A stretch of 63,188 bases of DNA, counting the filler, from Globobulimina sp. (taxonomy: Eukaryota): NCBI GenBank assembly GCA_003354225.1. It is 39 parts of 39 records of this genome, joined end to end, with 100 filler letters (N's around TTAATTAATTAA, not from the genome) between each part and the next. Parts side by side here need not be neighbours in the genome. Positions count along the whole stretch, not along the records: positions 50,313 to 51,834 come from PIVH01015357.1; positions 51,935 to 53,456 come from PIVH01015358.1; positions 53,557 to 55,078 come from PIVH01015359.1; positions 55,179 to 56,700 come from PIVH01015360.1; positions 56,801 to 58,322 come from PIVH01015361.1; positions 58,423 to 59,944 come from PIVH01015362.1; positions 60,045 to 61,566 come from PIVH01015363.1; positions 61,667 to 63,188 come from PIVH01015364.1; 31 more parts are not named here. One strand, written 5' to 3'. Of this stretch, positions 50,496-61,667 are shown piece by piece. Each line of letters opens with the position of its first letter. Position 1 is the first letter of the stretch. The notes beneath the pieces are model-generated. The model was not told the origin of the DNA. It saw only the letters and a list, made by a program, of their open reading frames with translations, and made no database searches. A program made the translations under genes and the position numbers.

Positions 50496-51755
50496 ATGGC
50501 GTCTTCAAGTGTTAAAATAATAGAAAACCTGTTGAAAATAATAGATGATTGCAAGGAACAGAAACAAGAATCCATAGGTTATTCGAAAGGATTAGCCGGA
50601 GTGGTTGTGGCTGAATCGCAAATATGTACAGTTGGCAAAAAGGGATTAGGTTTAAATTATCGTGGATACCCAATACATGATCTAGCCGCAAATTGTATGT
50701 TCGAAGAGATTGCGTATTTATTAACGCGTCATAGATTACCAAATAAAACGGAATTAAATAATTATTTGAAAAAAATGAATTCTTATTATCAATTACCGCC
50801 GCAATTAGCAAATATTCTTGAATTAACGCCTAAATCTGCCCATCCACTCCATGTCATGAAGATAACCTGCACGTTCCTAGCAACGCTATCTCCTGAAAAA
50901 AAGCCAAACTATGCAAACAAACATAATCTATTTAATATCGATGATATATTGGATATTTGTGATCGTTTATTAGCGGCCTTTCCCAGCGCCATATGTTATC
51001 ATTACAAATATCATTTTTGTGACATTAAAATCGATACAAAAGCGGATGAGACTGAAACAGAATGCATTGCACAACATATCATCCGTTTATTACATGGAAA
51101 TAAGAAATATAAAACCTTGATTGGTTATCAATTAATGATTGATGCCTTAAATATAGCACTAATTTGTTACGCCGAACATGGCTTTGCTGCCTCCACCTTT
51201 AGTGCACGTATTACCGCCTCAACTTTATCTGATGCATATTCAGCAATTTGCTCCGCTATTTGCAGTATTAAAGGACCATTACACGGCGGCGCCAATGAAA
51301 TGGCTTTTGAATTAATTTCGAGTTTCAATGGTAATGTAACCGCTGCACACAATGGAATAACTAAAATGTTGGTCAACAAACAATTGATTATGGGTTTTGG
51401 ACATCGGATATATAAACGCGGCGATCCGAGGGCGCCCATTTTGAAAAAAAAAGCAAAGATATTATCCAAAGAGTCGCAGTTTGGATGTGAAAGTTTTATG
51501 AATGTTAGTGATGTGATTGAAAATATTGTATTCGAATCAAAAAACATTTATCCAAACATGGATTTCCCCGCTGCAATGTTATTTTTTCAATGTGGAATAC
51601 CCAAAAGTTTGTATACGCCAATATTTGTTTGTGCGAGAACGAGTGGGTGGTTCGCGCACATTATTGAACAGAGACAAAATAATAGATTGATAAGGCCAAG
51701 TTGTAATTATGTTGGACCTAAAATAAAACAATTTGTACCAATTAACAAGAGATGA
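50496..51755 (+). CDS. prpC: 2-methylcitrate synthase (bacterial-type citrate synthase family)
   Basis: GLAGVVV..S.ICTVG, YRGY, KGPLHGGANE, MGFGHRIY..GDPR, RTSGW.AH..EQR..NRLIRP..NYVGP. Complete and intronless. Confidence 0.88.
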   Translation: MASSSVKIIENLLKIIDDCKEQKQESIGYSKGLAGVVVAESQICTVGKKGLGLNYRGYPIHDLAANCMFEEIAYLLTRHRLPNKTELNNYLKKMNSYYQLPPQLANILELTPKSAHPLHVMKITCTFLATLSPEKKPNYANKHNLFNIDDILDICDRLLAAFPSAICYHYKYHFCDIKIDTKADETETECIAQHIIRLLHGNKKYKTLIGYQLMIDALNIALICYAEHGFAASTFSARITASTLSDAYSAICSAICSIKGPLHGGANEMAFELISSFNGNVTAAHNGITKMLVNKQLIMGFGHRIYKRGDPRAPILKKKAKILSKESQFGCESFMNVSDVIENIVFESKNIYPNMDFPAAMLFFQCGIPKSLYTPIFVCARTSGWFAHIIEQRQNNRLIRPSCNYVGPKIKQFVPINKR

Positions 51756-52112
51756 ATCAAAACAGTTATATTTTTAACTTATCAAATGTTGTGGCTGTAT
51801 AGCGCTTGTAATTATTGCTGTTTTGGGCTTAGTTNNNNNNNNNNNNNNNNNNNNNNNNNNNNNNNNNNNNNNNNNNNNTTAATTAATTAANNNNNNNNNN
51901 NNNNNNNNNNNNNNNNNNNNNNNNNNNNNNNNNNTATTTTGTTATTCCTCTAATTTTCGTCCTTCCAATTACGTTTTGCATAGTTTTGGTACACCTAGAA
52001 TTGATGTAAATGTATTAAAAAAGTTTTTCTCTGAAGTGAAGTAAGAATAAGCCATTCCTTCAGTGATTCGATCAAATCAAAAACAAAAGCAAACATATAA
52101 AACTGCTAAATA

Positions 52113-53212
52113 ATGGACTCAGAAAAGCAACCACTGGGTTCACAATCTGATAACGAAGAAGATGATGATATCGCAGAAGAGATACAAATCTCAATCAAAA
52201 AATTAGACGGCGATACATTTTACATCAACATATCGCCCACAGCGCCAGTTTTGGGATTAAAAACTATCATTAACGACCAACAAAATGTAGAAGCACATTT
52301 ACAGCGATTAATATATCGGGCACAAGAGTTAAAGGACGATTTCCCTTTATCTCAGTATGGAATTCAGAATGGATCCACATTGCATTTGGTTATCCGTAGG
52401 AATGTACAACAAAGTCAACCGGGACAAGTCCGAGTTGGTATGCCTGAGTTTAGTGCGCAAAATCGCAACATACAAAATCCATCCTTGCACATTATACATA
52501 TGCTGGATTTTCATTTCTTATTTGGTTTGAAACTGATTTCAACCGAGATACAAACACATGGACCGAACAAAAATCAGTTTCAAACTGAAAAATGATCCAC
52601 ATTTTCTTCATATTCATACGATTTGTGCTTTTCAGTTTGATTTAAAATTAAAATCTAGTTTCAAACTGAAAGTGTATATACATTTCATTTTCAGTTTGAA
52701 ACTGCACGTTATTTCATTTTCAGTTTGAAACTGAAAAATTAGCCACATATACACACCAACACCACAGTGATGGATTGATGGTAGATCCGTACGGTCGGTT
52801 TGCCGCAATGGACGCGGAAGCAATGATTGATGTGATGAGTGTGGTTCGTTTATGTCGTTTTGTGCGTATATTTGCATTGATCGATGCCGTGTTTTTATTG
52901 ATTTATGGATTGCAGGCTTTTTATTTTATTATTTTGTCCGTATTGGCCATTGCGGGGTATTGGGGCGCAAAGAATTTGGATAGGAAATATTTGGTAATGT
53001 ATTGTCTATGTTTATGTTTAGAGATTGCTGTCCGATCATATATGATTTATTTGGATACGAGCAATATTATCAATATTATACTGTTGGTTTTGATGATTTT
53101 TATCGATTTGTTTGTTGCGCGATGCGTTTACAAATTATATCGAGCCATTCCTTTGTTGGGACCGGAGCAAAGAGATCGAATATTAATATTAAATCGTGTT
53201 GGATTAATTTAA
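52113..53212 (+). CDS. Ubiquitin-like domain plus four-TM membrane protein, interrupted by an insertion/intron
   Basis: UBL motif (IKKLDG...QRLIYRAQELKD..LSQYGIQNGSTLHLV). The downstream TM ORF 52775-53212 joins in frame after splicing 52438-52742 or excising 52495-52751. Confidence 0.8.
52495..52751. mobile_element. TA-flanked insertion rich in CAGTTT(C/G)AAACTG palindromes (MITE-like)
   Basis: About six copies of the palindromic motif, TA at both borders, and precise removal restores the reading frame. Confidence 0.6.
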
Positions 53213-53556
53213 TTATTTTGTTATGATTTTGCATGTATTTTACTATCGTATTTGCGTAATTTTATATTTTTTTTTTCTGTATTTTTTTTTACAAATATTT
53301 TTGGTGTTTTTCAAACGGATTTTTTTCTTTTTTTTGCAGCTTTGCATATTTTTTTTAATTCAAATCGATAATTTTGATGAATTTTTATGCCCATTTTTGT
53401 TTTTTTCAATTGGTGTGTAATATGTTTGCGTTTTTTTTTATTATTTTGTATATTGTNNNNNNNNNNNNNNNNNNNNNNNNNNNNNNNNNNNNNNNNNNNN
53501 TTAATTAATTAANNNNNNNNNNNNNNNNNNNNNNNNNNNNNNNNNNNNNNNNNNNN

Positions 53557-54377
53557 TTTTTGGTTATGACGAAGCTTGTTATGGTATTTATCAAATTGAC
53601 ATTGATTCAGTCACAACAACACCAAATTTCTTATCCAAATTAGGATTAATATCAACAATCGGATTCACAGATATTACCATCAATTATGCATTAAAACATG
53701 CTGCGTTTAATTCGAGCAAGGAAGATTTTGTAACCTCTGCAGATGGAGAGTGTAGAAGTAGTTATACCGTCGATGGAGAAACATTTTCAACCCTTGATTC
53801 ACACGTTGCTGTCGCTGGTATCACCGACAACGAATGGCGCAATTCATCGATGCTAATAATTACAGAATCCCTCGGTGCGGACGCAAGTAATACTGCAGCC
53901 CTTCAAATTCGATGGGAAGCGACATCATTTTGGCCAATTAATTCCACCGAGAGCTATAACTTACATTACTGTCTAATCGATGAAATTAGATTATGTGGCA
54001 CGGCCATTACAACATCAACGACTGCCACATCAACGACGTATCACAGTGATTCGGTTTCTGATGATTCTGGTTCTGGTTCTGGCGATTCCTCAGACAGTGC
54101 TTCAAAGAGAAAGTTAAAGTTAAAACGAAAAAAAAAATCCAGAAGTACCAGTTCAGAGTCAAGTGAGTCAATTTACAGCGCCTTATCTTCAATGAACGGC
54201 GTGGATGAACATGAAAATAATGTAAATGGACAGAATGTAAATTTTGTGATTTCTGTGTCGCCAAAAACGTTTTTCAATTTAGTACTTATATTTGTATTAT
54301 TTTTGTTTGTGTGTTTTTTTACTTTTTTATGTATTTATCAATATAAAGCACCAACAGCCGCCATTAATATTGTATGA
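53557..54377 (+). CDS. Type I membrane/surface protein C-terminus with S/T-rich stalk
   Basis: Frame continues upstream of the called ORF; S/D-rich linker and C-terminal TM. Confidence 0.55.
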
Positions 54378-54743
54378 TGTTTTATTTATTTATAGTTCTT
54401 TTTTCTGTTTTATTTTGCTATTATTTATAATTCTAAATTTTTTTATTAAAACCTCAATTAATTTCTTAATTATATTTTTTCTTCTACTTTTTTTTTGCAA
54501 TAATTGTAATTTTGATATTTTGTCGATTAAATTGTCAAATCCCGCAATCCGACGTTATTCTGTTTCTTGATGAAAGGCTCAAAAAACTAGCAAACTTTTT
54601 TCTAACTGAGAGCATGGCACAGTATGTTCCTGCACCACAAAATCGAATGTAATTCTGTTGGATATCCAGACACTGTCGAAGGTATATTATTATATGAAAT
54701 ATATCCCAAAACATACAATATATTTAAAATTAAATTAAAACAG

Positions 54744-55078
54744 ATGGCTCTGAATACTATTTTACAAGCCATTGACGACTACAACAACAATGACATGTGT
54801 TCTGACGCGGATGGCTGCGGCGCAAATATGTGGAGCAATACAGGAGGCACTAATTTTGGCACTTGGTATTGTGGAAATTCATATTCTCAGAGTCCAACTA
54901 CATCCGCTCCCACTCGGACACCAACACCGCCAACACCGCAGCCAACCCCTTCGCCGCCAACGCAAACCGCAAATCCTGTGCCAACTACATCCGCTCCCAC
55001 GTACGATGAGCAGTGCACCCTTTCGACGAATGCATACACTGTGTACGACCATGAATGTACCGGCTGGGCCTGTCAACC
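54744..55078 (+). CDS. Exon of a Cys- and PT-repeat-rich surface protein
   Basis: Follows an AACAG acceptor; SPTTSAPT/PTPxPT repeats. Confidence 0.5.
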
Positions 55079-55267
55079 NNNNNNNNNNNNNNNNNNNNNN
55101 NNNNNNNNNNNNNNNNNNNNNNTTAATTAATTAANNNNNNNNNNNNNNNNNNNNNNNNNNNNNNNNNNNNNNNNNNNNCAAAGCAAAATGGACAGCAACA
55201 AGTCGCACAAAATGAACATATACAAGAGCCAAATATAAATCTGACTGCAATTCCGAGCACACAACAA

Positions 55268-55894
55268 TTGATACAAAATGTCACTCATTTTGAAGAAGAA
55301 TGTGACGATGACATATTTGCACCAATTGCAAATTCAAAGAGTAGAGAAATGAACTCAGTCCCCGATGGTAATGATGATTGGAACGATTCGCGATCGCCAT
55401 CACCTGTTATTATATGGAGGCCATCATCGCGTATTACCATCGCAAAAGATTTACCTTCAAATCTAAAGTCTATATATTCGAGCGACTTTAAACAGAATCA
55501 TACTGACTTTGAGTTGGATCATCATGACTGCGATGCTAATAAATCATGTTTGCATAATGTGACTAAAAAAGTTACAATGAATCAAGTTGCAATGAATCAG
55601 TGTGGTACTGCTATCAGTAATAAATGTGCATTGCGATCAAAAATAAAATATGGTGCATGGTACATAAATCCAAAGAAATGGGTTGTTCAAAAAAAGGATG
55701 AAATCATACAATATGAAAATAAAGATGCAATAAATCCAGAGTTACAACGAAAAGCAAAACGTTTAGCAGATACGATACCTGATTTATTTATCAGTAAAAT
55801 GTATAAATTGTATATTGCGAATCACAAAGATCAAACTAAACGACATTTGCCAAACTACTTACATGATGTTGATATAAATGATAAGGAGTTATAG
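55268..55894 (+). CDS. Hypothetical protein (YGAWYINPKKW motif)
   Basis: 208-aa ORF with a conserved-looking C-terminal block. Confidence 0.55.
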   Translation: MIQNVTHFEEECDDDIFAPIANSKSREMNSVPDGNDDWNDSRSPSPVIIWRPSSRITIAKDLPSNLKSIYSSDFKQNHTDFELDHHDCDANKSCLHNVTKKVTMNQVAMNQCGTAISNKCALRSKIKYGAWYINPKKWVVQKKDEIIQYENKDAINPELQRKAKRLADTIPDLFISKMYKLYIANHKDQTKRHLPNYLHDVDINDKEL

Positions 55895-56800
55895 ATCTTT
55901 TTGTCCACACATGAGTAGAATGTAGAAAGTCAGAACAGTGAATTGCTGTTTACTTAAAAGTTTTTAACTCTATCTCAAGATATTTCTACCGAATCCTTAC
56001 AGTCTTACACTCTAATTTAATTGCCGCATAATACTTAAATACTACGCAGCTGCATTTACTCATAATACATAATTGCTATGTATAATAATTATCTACTGCA
56101 GGTTTCAACTGTTCCAAGTTCAAACTATTTAAACTGTTTAGGTGCAGAAACTGATGTTTGTGGTGATAGTGATATGATATCAATGTATAACAACATTCAT
56201 TATATATCCACTAAGATGAATTCTCTGTATTTATCATCATTTCCCCTACAAAATGATTCAACACCATATGGTTCGTAATTATAATGCAATTCACGTCTTT
56301 TGAATGTATGGAATATGGTTTTAAGGGTTTAGCCCCGGTCTTGTTTGTATTGTTAATGTGTTGAATATAATTATTTTCTCGAGATATTATGTATTGAAAA
56401 ATTAAGTTATTTTGAAAAATCTGTTTCTCCATTTGAAACAGTAACAAATTGAATTCCTTGATTCTATGTGATGTATAGATGCTCTATGACACATTGTTTT
56501 GATTGATACGCGCCAATCAACTTTCAGCGACATTATCGCGAGCATTCACTAATAAGTTTTCAAAATGTTACTGTTTTAGCTGAGGTTCACATGGAGCATG
56601 GAGCTCTTTCACAATAACAAAAGGAACATAGATTATTGGAGCATTAATGGTCTATTATCATTATATAATTATTAGGATTAAAATAGAAGAAGATTTATGT
56701 NNNNNNNNNNNNNNNNNNNNNNNNNNNNNNNNNNNNNNNNNNNNTTAATTAATTAANNNNNNNNNNNNNNNNNNNNNNNNNNNNNNNNNNNNNNNNNNNN

Positions 56801-58322
56801 ATCACAAATTAAATGTGGAATTAGAAAAGTTAGCCGCTGAGAATGACGCCATGTGCGACGAACTACAGCATGTCGAAAACAATAATTTCGAGCTACAGCA
56901 CAAAAACGAACAATTACAGACTGAGCTAAACACGTTGCGAGCATCGTATTTGTCTCAGACGGAGCGAGAGAGCGAGTTGCAATTCGCCGAAATGCGGAAA
57001 CAAAAATTGAAGACAGAGTCGGTGCAGCAACAATTAGCCAAAGTGAGCAAAGAGAGGAATTTATTGAAAGCGCAGAAAACGAATAATAACAATTCGGAGA
57101 TGTTAGCTGCGGCAAATAATGCTGTGCCGGATAGTAATAACAATGAATTGGATGCATTTAAGCAGAAATACGAGGCCTTAATGACATGTTATAAGCATCA
57201 AAAAGATGAGTTAATGCAATTAAAATTGGAACATCACCATTTGGAGGAGCTGCATAATAATAACAATTTGCATAATAAAAAGCGCCAAACTTCCGTTTCC
57301 ATGACGAGTTCTGACGGCGATCTGGATATAAATAATAGTCACAGTCCGCCGCCTATTTCGCTGCCACAGTTCCACCGCATGTTAGATGACGATATGGATG
57401 ATTTGGACAATAACAATATGGACACATTGGCCATGGACACGCCCACTGCGATTGAGCTGGTAAATAAGCGGCTGTTGGAAGAAAAAAAGCAATCTGTGAT
57501 CCTGGATCGTGATAATAAGTTGCATCCAACCTGGAATTTGTATGATTGGTACAATGCGGAGCAAAGCTTGCAAGTAATTGACGATATTTTGAGTGGCGAT
57601 GCGCAGGACAGCGCAGTGCAACATTTTTTCGATTCGTTGGGTGATAAACATGGCTATATTCACGAGGCGATTATCAACAATGAGTGGCATATTTGGCGCT
57701 ATGTGCAAGAATGCAAAGAGATCGATAATTACAGCGATGCGTTTACGAAGTTATTGGATGACCATCCTCGATTATATGCGGCCATTCACGCTGAGGAATT
57801 ATTGCAGCAAATGCAGGGATTGAATGAGAAATTGTTGATGAGTGAGGAGGAGGAGTACGAAGGGGATGATATGTCGGCGAATGACGAGGAATATAAGGAA
57901 ATTGATGGAGAGTTTTATAATGAATATGAGCATTTGGTGCTGGTTGATGTGGAGGAGGAGGAAGAGGAGGATGTGGATGGCTACGTTTATGACTTTCAGA
58001 CTCATCCAGAATATGCGATGAGTTTTGTGTGTGATGAGATTGGCAAAATTAAGTTGTTCCAAACCAAAAAGAACGACATTCACTTAATGAAATGTGCAAA
58101 TATGCGGTATAATGCACAGCAGCACGATCACAGTGCATATTGCTGTGCTATATCGCCGTTGGGAGAGTATGTGGGATTTGGTGGGGGATACAATGAGGAC
58201 AGGAATGGCATTGTTGTGTGTTATAAAATTGTAAGTAAGAATGACATCGATTTGCTGTTTGTGATAAACGACAACAATTTCAAATTTGAAAAGGATTTGG
58301 TTTTAGGCGCAATTCATTGCAT
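56801..58322 (+). CDS. Coiled-coil protein with start of a WD40-like repeat (partial)
   Basis: Heptad-rich N-half and HDHSAYCCAISPLGEYVGFGG. Confidence 0.65.
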
Positions 58323-58422
58323 NNNNNNNNNNNNNNNNNNNNNNNNNNNNNNNNNNNNNNNNNNNNTTAATTAATTAANNNNNNNNNNNNNNNNNNNNNN
58401 NNNNNNNNNNNNNNNNNNNNNN

Positions 58423-58916
58423 ATATGCAATGTTATATTTAATATACAGTACAAAGAGTCGAAGACAACATATACCTTAAATCCAATGGTAAAATAACTA
58501 TCTGCTCTGCTTTTATGTTATATTTATCATCATAACTTAGTATATCTTTTATTTTATTTAATTTCTCTTCATTTCTTGCAGTTAAAATCAATTTTATATT
58601 CACATCATATCCAACTAACTCATATGTTAATGACTCGCCAATACCACTCGAAGCACCTGTTATCCATACAATTTTATTCTGAAAATATTCCTTTTTTAAT
58701 GTACTTGAATGTAATGTAAAATCACATTCTAAATAAGCGAATTTAACCGCAAATAATGATAGCAATAAAATAATAACGGCAACACCTAATATACCTTAAT
58801 ATTATCAGTGCAATCATATGCAACCACAATAACCCAATATAAACAAAACTTGACAAGAGGCCAACAGCATAACTGGTCACTATAACTAGCGACATCAATA
58901 TCAGCATTACATCCAT
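58423..58916 (-). CDS. Short-chain dehydrogenase/reductase, DHRS7-like (5' part)
   Basis: KIVWITGASSGIGESL, LILTARNEEKL and ILPLDL; hydrophobic N-terminus. Confidence 0.88.
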
Positions 58917-58948
58917 GTTCCTTAAACAAAACTGTTAAGTAAGTTTTT

Positions 58949-59944
58949 TCATAGAACAACTAACAAAAACAAGAAGAATAAACACGTGATGCTCATGACA
59001 CACATAACATATGTTCTATTGTTCTTTTTACAACTTAATTCCTTTAGAAGTTCAATATAATTGATTTCCTTCGGATATGCTTCCAAAAGTTGAATATATT
59101 GTTGACAAACTGTAGCATACATATATTTTTTACCACATTCAAACACAAAAACCTCCAATATCTTTCCAGTCAAATCAATATTATCCGGTGCTTTAACTAA
59201 TACTTTCTCGGCACACTTATTCAAACCTATAAAATGTATCTGATCTCTCGCCAGCCCTCTATGACAAATCCAAAATTGTTTCGTGTTTAATCTCTCCGTA
59301 AACGGTTCAAACTCCTCAAATAAAGCAGTAACTTTCCTAACTCGCTGTTTCTTGATCCTATCAATATCCATTTGACTGTCGGCATACACATAATCCATCC
59401 CAGCCGCCGGCGTCTTGGGGCGAGGAAAAAACGGCGAAATATACATTGTGGTAAAACACCATTTCTCAATCAATTTTAGTGTTTTTATGAATGATTCTTC
59501 CGTTTCTGTCGGGAATCCGACAATAATATCCGTGCAAATATGTACATCGCCAACTTGTGTTTTAAAAATGTCGCATAACCGCTCAAATTCCTGTATGGTA
59601 TATTTCCTTTTCATAGCATACAGCACCTTATTCGAGCCACTTTGCACCGGAATGTGTACATATTGAAACACTTTCGGATGCAATAATATCCGCGATACTT
59701 TTGCTGCATTATTCAAAAAATACGGAGGATTACTGATTCCCAATCGCAACATCATATTTCTTGATAATTTATTATCCAATATTTCGCGTTCAATATCGGC
59801 TAATAATTCGCCGATATTTGTGCCAATGTCGAGTCCGTAAGCGCCGGTATCCTCAGATTCTAAATTTATAATTCGAATATCTGCGTTTTCCAGCAATACC
59901 GTACGGATTCGATCAATTATTTCTTGTCTTGTATAGGATTTCAG
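58949..59944 (-). CDS. CDKAL1: tRNA t6A methylthiotransferase CDKAL1/e-MtaB (C-terminal part)
   Basis: SEDTGAYGLDIG, LRLGISNPPY, HIPVQSGS, TDIIVGFPTET and FFPRPKTPAA; TRAM domain and C-terminal TM anchor typical of eukaryotic CDKAL1. Confidence 0.9.
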   Translation of the reverse strand: MKSYTRQEIIDRIRTVLLENADIRIINLESEDTGAYGLDIGTNIGELLADIEREILDNKLSRNMMLRLGISNPPYFLNNAAKVSRILLHPKVFQYVHIPVQSGSNKVLYAMKRKYTIQEFERLCDIFKTQVGDVHICTDIIVGFPTETEESFIKTLKLIEKWCFTTMYISPFFPRPKTPAAGMDYVYADSQMDIDRIKKQRVRKVTALFEEFEPFTERLNTKQFWICHRGLARDQIHFIGLNKCAEKVLVKAPDNIDLTGKILEVFVFECGKKYMYATVCQQYIQLLEAYPKEINYIELLKELSCKKNNRTYVMCVMSITCLFFLFLLVVL

Positions 59945-60064
59945 NNNNNNNNNNNNNNNNNNNNNNNNNNNNNNNNNNNNNNNNNNNNTTAATTAATTAA
60001 NNNNNNNNNNNNNNNNNNNNNNNNNNNNNNNNNNNNNNNNNNNNTGTTATTTGATTTAATCTCA

Positions 60065-61024
60065 TTGATTCAAGACTGGATTGATGAGAATAATGCGCCG
60101 CCAACAAATGATAATTTTGAGAACATTGCAATTGATAACAATGCTTATAATGATGGAAATGCTGCGGACCTCAAACAATTCGAAGAAGAGAAAAAAGAAA
60201 CAGAAAATATGAAAATAAAAACAAAACCACGGATTCTTATGTTGCACGCATACAAACAGAACGGCAAAATATTCAGACAGAGATCAAGGAATTACGTAAA
60301 ATTGTTGCTGGATAAATTTGACATTTCCTATCCCGATGCACCAATTAAATTGAATGGAACTAAAGATTGTCCAAACCCTTTTTGTTGGTATAAATATCCG
60401 CAAGTTATCCAAAATAATAAAGATGACGACACTGCATCAAATCTTGCACATTTATTAGCGAATCATAAAATGGTGGAATACATTGGATTTTGGGAGTTGT
60501 TAAAATATTTTTATAAATATTTAATCGACCAATGTTTTGAGAGTAACTCGCCATTTATTGGTCTTATTGCATTCTCGCAAGGATCGACATTGGCGGTTAT
60601 ATTGTTATGGTTATCCACTTTATCACAGAATGTGTTTGAAAAAGTTATCATTTTGCCACATTTGGATGTATTGAATAAAATTGGCTTATATGGTTTGTTT
60701 AAAAAATATGGTCAAGTTTTTAATAAATACTTAAAGATAAAAGCATGTGTTTTGATGTCTGCTCATTTGTACCCTTTACCTAAACAATTGGAAGCCAGTT
60801 ATTCTCAGTTTGTGGCATGTTGTAATGAGATGGAAGGCAAATGCAAGAAATTGAAGTGTCTTAGTCTGCATACAATGTCGCCAAAGGATCAATGGGTTAC
60901 AATGGAAAAAGCACAAGATTTGTTACCATTGTTTGAAAACGCAGATGTCATCCAACATCCCAATGGACATTCTGTTTATAACAATAAATATGTGGCTGAA
61001 TGGATTATAAAACATCTTGTCTAA
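60065..61024 (+). CDS. FSH1/OVCA2-family serine hydrolase
   Basis: RILMLHAYKQNG, AFSQG nucleophile elbow, SLH...KD.WV and HPNGH. Confidence 0.85.
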   Translation: MIQDWIDENNAPPTNDNFENIAIDNNAYNDGNAADLKQFEEEKKETENMKIKTKPRILMLHAYKQNGKIFRQRSRNYVKLLLDKFDISYPDAPIKLNGTKDCPNPFCWYKYPQVIQNNKDDDTASNLAHLLANHKMVEYIGFWELLKYFYKYLIDQCFESNSPFIGLIAFSQGSTLAVILLWLSTLSQNVFEKVIILPHLDVLNKIGLYGLFKKYGQVFNKYLKIKACVLMSAHLYPLPKQLEASYSQFVACCNEMEGKCKKLKCLSLHTMSPKDQWVTMEKAQDLLPLFENADVIQHPNGHSVYNNKYVAEWIIKHLV

Positions 61025-61099
61025 CTTAAACACGTTCATCTACAATCGAGAGAATTGAACAAAGCATAAAGTTTCAAATTTGGTGAACCAATTCAATTA

Positions 61100-61520
61100 T
61101 TATATTTTCGGATTAGTGATGTACACTGTTTCCAAAAGCTGCAATAACTCGGCCTCTTTTTCAATGACAATGGCAAGAGTGATGTTATCCAAACCAAATG
61201 CGTTTATTCCTATGATACTACCAATTTCGTATGCTCTTTGCAGTTCATCTTCTTTTAAACCATCTTGTGCTGCTGCTAAAATTCCATGATGCATAAAATG
61301 CTTTTTCCAAAACATAGAATCATTGTACATTCCCAATAACATCGGATGTTGACACATTTCAACTATATTTTTGAAATCAAAATTACTGTATGTTTGAGGA
61401 TTGAATGATTTATTATATTGTTCTTCAACCATATTCCAACCATCACCCATTCGTTTTAAATATGCACATTCCAAATCAGATAATATTCCATCTGCTGCAC
61501 AAATGTTTGCTAAACCTGCG
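61100..61520 (-). CDS. TerB-like helical protein fragment
   Basis: GLANICAADGILSDLECAYL and AAAQDGL..DEL duplicated ADG..E motifs. Confidence 0.45.
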
Positions 61521-61667
61521 ACATAATCTATTTGCCATTGAAAGATGTAACTTTGAATGAATAGATNNNNNNNNNNNNNNNNNNNNNNNNNNNNNNNNNN
61601 NNNNNNNNNNTTAATTAATTAANNNNNNNNNNNNNNNNNNNNNNNNNNNNNNNNNNNNNNNNNNNNT

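Noticed and set aside
55950..56700. Alternative genetic code (stop readthrough) suggested by broken frames
   Set aside because: Long conserved genes (PDE, PrpC, CDKAL1, DAK) translate cleanly with the standard code and end in TAA/TGA. Breaks are explained by introns or decay.
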